A stretch of 57,377 nt of DNA, filler included, from Catajapyx aquilonaris (Eukaryota): NCBI GenBank assembly GCA_000934665.2. It is 2 parts of 2 records of this genome, joined end to end, with 100 filler letters (N's around TTAATTAATTAA, not from the genome) between each part and the next. Parts side by side here need not be neighbours in the genome. Positions count along the whole stretch, not along the records: positions 28,677 to 57,377 come from JYFJ02004898.1; 1 more part is not named here. The stretch is one strand, 5' to 3'. Positions 53,609-57,377 of the stretch are shown one piece after another (positions within the stretch are counted from its first letter, which is position 1; each line of letters begins with the position of its first letter). The translations under genes and the position numbers were made by a program. The notes beneath the pieces are model-generated. The model was given only the letters and a program-made list of their open reading frames with translations. It was not told the origin of the DNA and did no database searches.

Positions 53609-53756
53609 ACTATCGGGTTCAAATACTTTTGGCCACTTTACCCTGGTCTTGAAGCAACCCTTAGCACAGACCCCACGTTAAGGAGGTGTGTGTGTGTGTG
53701 TGAAGGGTTTCTTCAAGACCAGGATAAAGTGGCCAAAAGTATTTGAACCCGATAGT
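53609..53756. mobile_element. Short palindromic Tc1-like MITE
   Basis: ACTATCGGGTTCAAATACTTTTGGCCACTTTA / TAAAGTGGCCAAAAGTATTTGAACCCGATAGT. Confidence 0.8.
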
Positions 53757-54141
53757 ACACCTTCTACCTTTAACGTTATAACAGCAACAACAAGTGAATA
53801 TTGGTACTAAAATAAGATGCTATTCATAACATAATTACCAAACACCCAGATCAAAAACAACCAAGTCCACTTGGAAAAACTACTGGTCATAAACTGAGCA
53901 AAAACCGATGATCACTTAACTTTCACTAGTACAATCTTGAAACCTTTTACGTCCATATGTTGCTCCAGTTCAGCTACATACGCAAATGTGCAATTAATAC
54001 CCAATGACAATGAAGTACATAATATTGCTGCACGTATTTCGTATTTGTGTTAGACCCCTTCATTGGTGGAATTTGCTGTTTCTAATGAGACCCCTCACTT
54101 GCATTCTGCTTTTAGCGATTTTGGCATATTTCGTCTGCTTA

Positions 54142-54341
54142 AGGCCGCTTCACAAACTCGGCGTTGCGAAAGCGGGGCGTGCGGAGAGCGGAAAATTTGC
54201 GAAGGGCTATTCACAAATGCTGCGTGCGATGACCGAGCGCGGGCGTTGCGCTGGCGTCCAATCGGGTGGACTTTCTGCGTGCGATGAGAGGAAGGCCCAC
54301 ACGCCACGCTTTCGCAACGCCACGAGTTTGTGAAGCGGCCT
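54142..54341. mobile_element. PIF/Harbinger (Tourist-like) MITE
   Basis: TTA|AGGCCGCTTCACAAACTCG...CGAGTTTGTGAAGCGGCCT|TTA. Confidence 0.85.
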
Positions 54342-55463
54342 TTAGTAACTTTTCACCTATATTTATCCTGCCAGTCAATGAAGTATACGTTAAACTGTCG
54401 GTTCTTTTATAATGATGTGTTGATGCTCCTACTTTAGATAAGATTGAATAATAATGGGCGTAATATCTTGGGTGTCGCCGGGCCATGGAATTGCCCGAAG
54501 AATGCTGTTTATTCGTGTTTATTAAGGAGCATACCGGGAAGGGTGGGAAAAAGAGGGAGACATCCACTATGCGTAACCACAATAATTTGAGTGTAAATTA
54601 AAATTAATGTCACAACATAGTATATCATGAGAAGTCTTTCTGTTCTTTCTGTTATCTAAATTAAAATATGGCATGAATGTCAAAATGGCTTAATATAAAA
54701 ATGCATCTGAGTAATAATAAAAAGTATGAGCAGATCATGCACGGTGCTTATACATTTAAATCTTCTCTAAAGTTTAATATTTGATAAGCCAAGGGTGGAC
54801 TATGGGATTAGCAAAATTAGGGACTTTCTAGATGGGTGGAACATTCTGTAGGTATTGATTTCTCGCGGACTCCAAAGGAGGACAGACAAAGAAAAGGTGA
54901 GGGGGCTGTAGGTTTGCATTCAAATTACACCACATGCAGAATTAATTTTTCGCGATCTGAATTGTAAATATGTATATTCGTTCATCTAAATTGATTGAAA
55001 CATTGTTCGGAGGATTATTAATGACCATATTAAGCAATGCGGCAAGTTATGGGTGAACAAAGACTTTAAACCTTTACCAGCTAAATTAGTTTTAACTGAA
55101 GTTTAAAGTGCTGAGTGGAAAAACGTCCACGCCTATATATAGGCTCACTTTTATTGACCCAATATGACAGCACCATTGTCATCATTCTTCCACATACAAA
55201 CATGCACTCATGCAACTAATGTTTCATTCGCTGTTGCATTTCAAAAGATGAAAGATATTATATTTTGCGGAAATTTCGTAAATCAATAGGGACGTTTGCT
55301 ATACAAATATCAGAATGAACAGGGCAATAATAACCGATCTGAGGTCCGAATTTCTGCAGAAGCTCGTATCAAGGATGAAAGAATGATATTATCTTCTACG
55401 CTTTGATAATACCACATGACGAATCATTTCTGATAAAATTTTAGTTGCATTGCTTTCAGTCTG

Positions 55464-55988
55464 ACAACCAAAGTAACTCTTCTTACCATCCTAAATTTTG
55501 AACATTTTTGGATTTTCTAATCCTGCTTGGCCTATGGTGCTGAGAAAACATCACCTCTGCTGCTAATTCTCACGTCATAATACAAGCTAAATGCAATATT
55601 CCGAAGCCACAACACCTAGTAGCCGGTTGCGGGTCGCAGGTCCCCTGTCGCCGCGACTGTAGCGCACTCTAGGGTGGCGCGAGCAAGTAGAATATGACTT
55701 CACACGCTTCGAAATCGATTTTGTGTAGCAATTTATGAATCAAGTTTAATCAATAATTTACATATCACTGATATCAGTCGCGACGACCCGCGACCGGCGA
55801 CCCGCCACCCGCTACCGGATGCATGTGTTGTGGCTTCGGAATTTCGGTCCTTTGGCTTATATTTTGACCCTGCTAACGTGAAAATTAGCAACAGAGGTGA
55901 CGTTTGCACAACACTATAGGTCAAGCAGAATTAGAAAATCCAAAAAGTTTCAAAATTTAGGAGGGGTAAGAAGAGTTAGTTTGGTTGT
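55464..55988. mobile_element. Diverged long palindromic element
   Basis: Outer arms TAACTCTTCTTACC... / ...GGTAAGAAGAGTTA and inner arms TTCCGAAGCCACAACAC / GTGTTGTGGCTTCGGAA. Confidence 0.75.
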
Positions 55989-56621
55989 GAGAAGGTCAGC
56001 GCTGACTCAGCGTCTTATATATCAATAGCACCTCGGTATACCAACCTAAGCAGGTTAACTTAGTGCGGAAAGCATGCTGGCATGAACTCCTCAACCCTTA
56101 GACTACCAGACTAGCATTGTTCGCATGGAAGACCCCTTATGTGCAAAAAGTGATTTTAATTCGAGACAATGACTAGGCCTACATTATACTGGGCAACAAG
56201 AAAATCTTATGTAATGAAAATAGCAAATCTTGACTAATTTCGAGGTGCTGAATACGAAAATGACAATAAAATTTGTCGATTGGCCCTAGTTTATAAGCTA
56301 CAGAGGTGGTCATATTATGGCCATGCACGACATGCAAGGGAACATCGCGAATGTCTATGTGAAGTTCAAGTTCAAAATGTGTTTTTATGGTTTTCTATAT
56401 GCTAGAAAGAAAGCACCTTTCCAGAAAAAGCCTGGGTTTCGAGAATTCATGAGATAGGGTGGTAAAAAGGTGGTCAAAAGGTCAAAAATTGACCCATTTT
56501 GCCAGGTTCCGAGGAAGCTGTATTTAAAAGTGATATCGGCGAGATTTTTGGTGCATAAAGGTATCTTTGCATGAGGCAATGGCAAAGCTGGCAATATTAT
56601 GAATTAGATCAAAAACTTTCC

Positions 56622-57377
56622 CTTCAGTAAAAAGAAGAGAAGTAAGACCTCCGCGGCGGAATGAAGGTACTGAAACAAGGCAGGCGCACGTAAGACCTTC
56701 ACCAATTGATTTAAGCTGCACCATAGGTCTTACTCAAGCAATTACCAATTTACTACTCATGAAATCTCCTTTCTGAAAACTAATTTGTGGAATTTCTGTC
56801 GTACTACTAGTTACTTCTAACTTCGCAGTACCAGAGTAGTGCAATGGTCCTGCTAAGTTAGCAGTAACAACAGACCTATAGTTAATAGTAATAGTAGTAC
56901 GACGAAAATTCCACCCATTAATTTTCCATGAGCCACTCCATATGAGTGTTTTATGAAACTAGGAACTTCAATATTAAGCACATTGAATTTCTATGCAATT
57001 AGTGAGAATTATTGCCATGAAACATTCATGCAGAATCGTCACCTCTTTTAGATGCTGATTTTAACTCTAACGTTTAATTTTTCACATATAAACGTTAATT
57101 GGTGAATTTTAGAGGGTCTTTTTCGATTGGACCGAGTCTGTTTGAATGGTTTCAGTTTTTCCCCAATTTTTTTCTTTTCATAATAAAATCCTACCCATAC
57201 TGCTCTGAGTAGTTTGCAGCAGTCATTTTACGAGCCGTTCCATACCGTACTTGAGAATTGCTTGAGTAAGACCTATGGTACAGCTTAAATCAATTGGTGA
57301 AGGTCTTACGTGCGCCTGCCTTGTTTCAGTACCTTCATTCCGCCGCGGAGGTCTTACTTCTCTTTTTCTTACTGAAG
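56622..57377. mobile_element. Long-TIR element whose right arm runs off the window
   Basis: 56622-56744 is the near-identical reverse complement of 57257-57377. Confidence 0.8.

Overview
This is eukaryotic, almost certainly arthropod (insect-like), genomic DNA. It consists of two pieces joined by an artificial 100-bp spacer (N44-TTAATTAATTAA-N44, 28577-28676), so the halves may not be adjacent in the genome. The left piece carries the first coding exon of a MAM-domain surface protein, probably Alk (minus strand, 12263-12587). It also carries six consecutive coding exons of O-GlcNAc transferase (Ogt/sxc, plus strand, 21820-28174); the 5' and 3' exons are missing. The most interesting signal is the 2.8-kb Ogt intron 21889-24666, which sits at the position of the O-GlcNAc-regulated detained intron 4 of vertebrate OGT. 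It has a decoy/poison-exon architecture: a strong internal 3' splice site followed by several weak donors and early stops, a possibly base-paired donor, a distal branch point with a long AG-free zone, and duplicated TGCGC/G-run modules. The rest, especially the right piece, is a dense, nested field of non-autonomous DNA transposons (Tc1/mariner/pogo, hAT, Harbinger, Kolobok, P-like, Academ remnant), long palindromes, tRNA-derived SINEs and microsatellites. No recognisable host gene lies right of the spacer. All family calls come from reading motifs by eye; no database searches were run.
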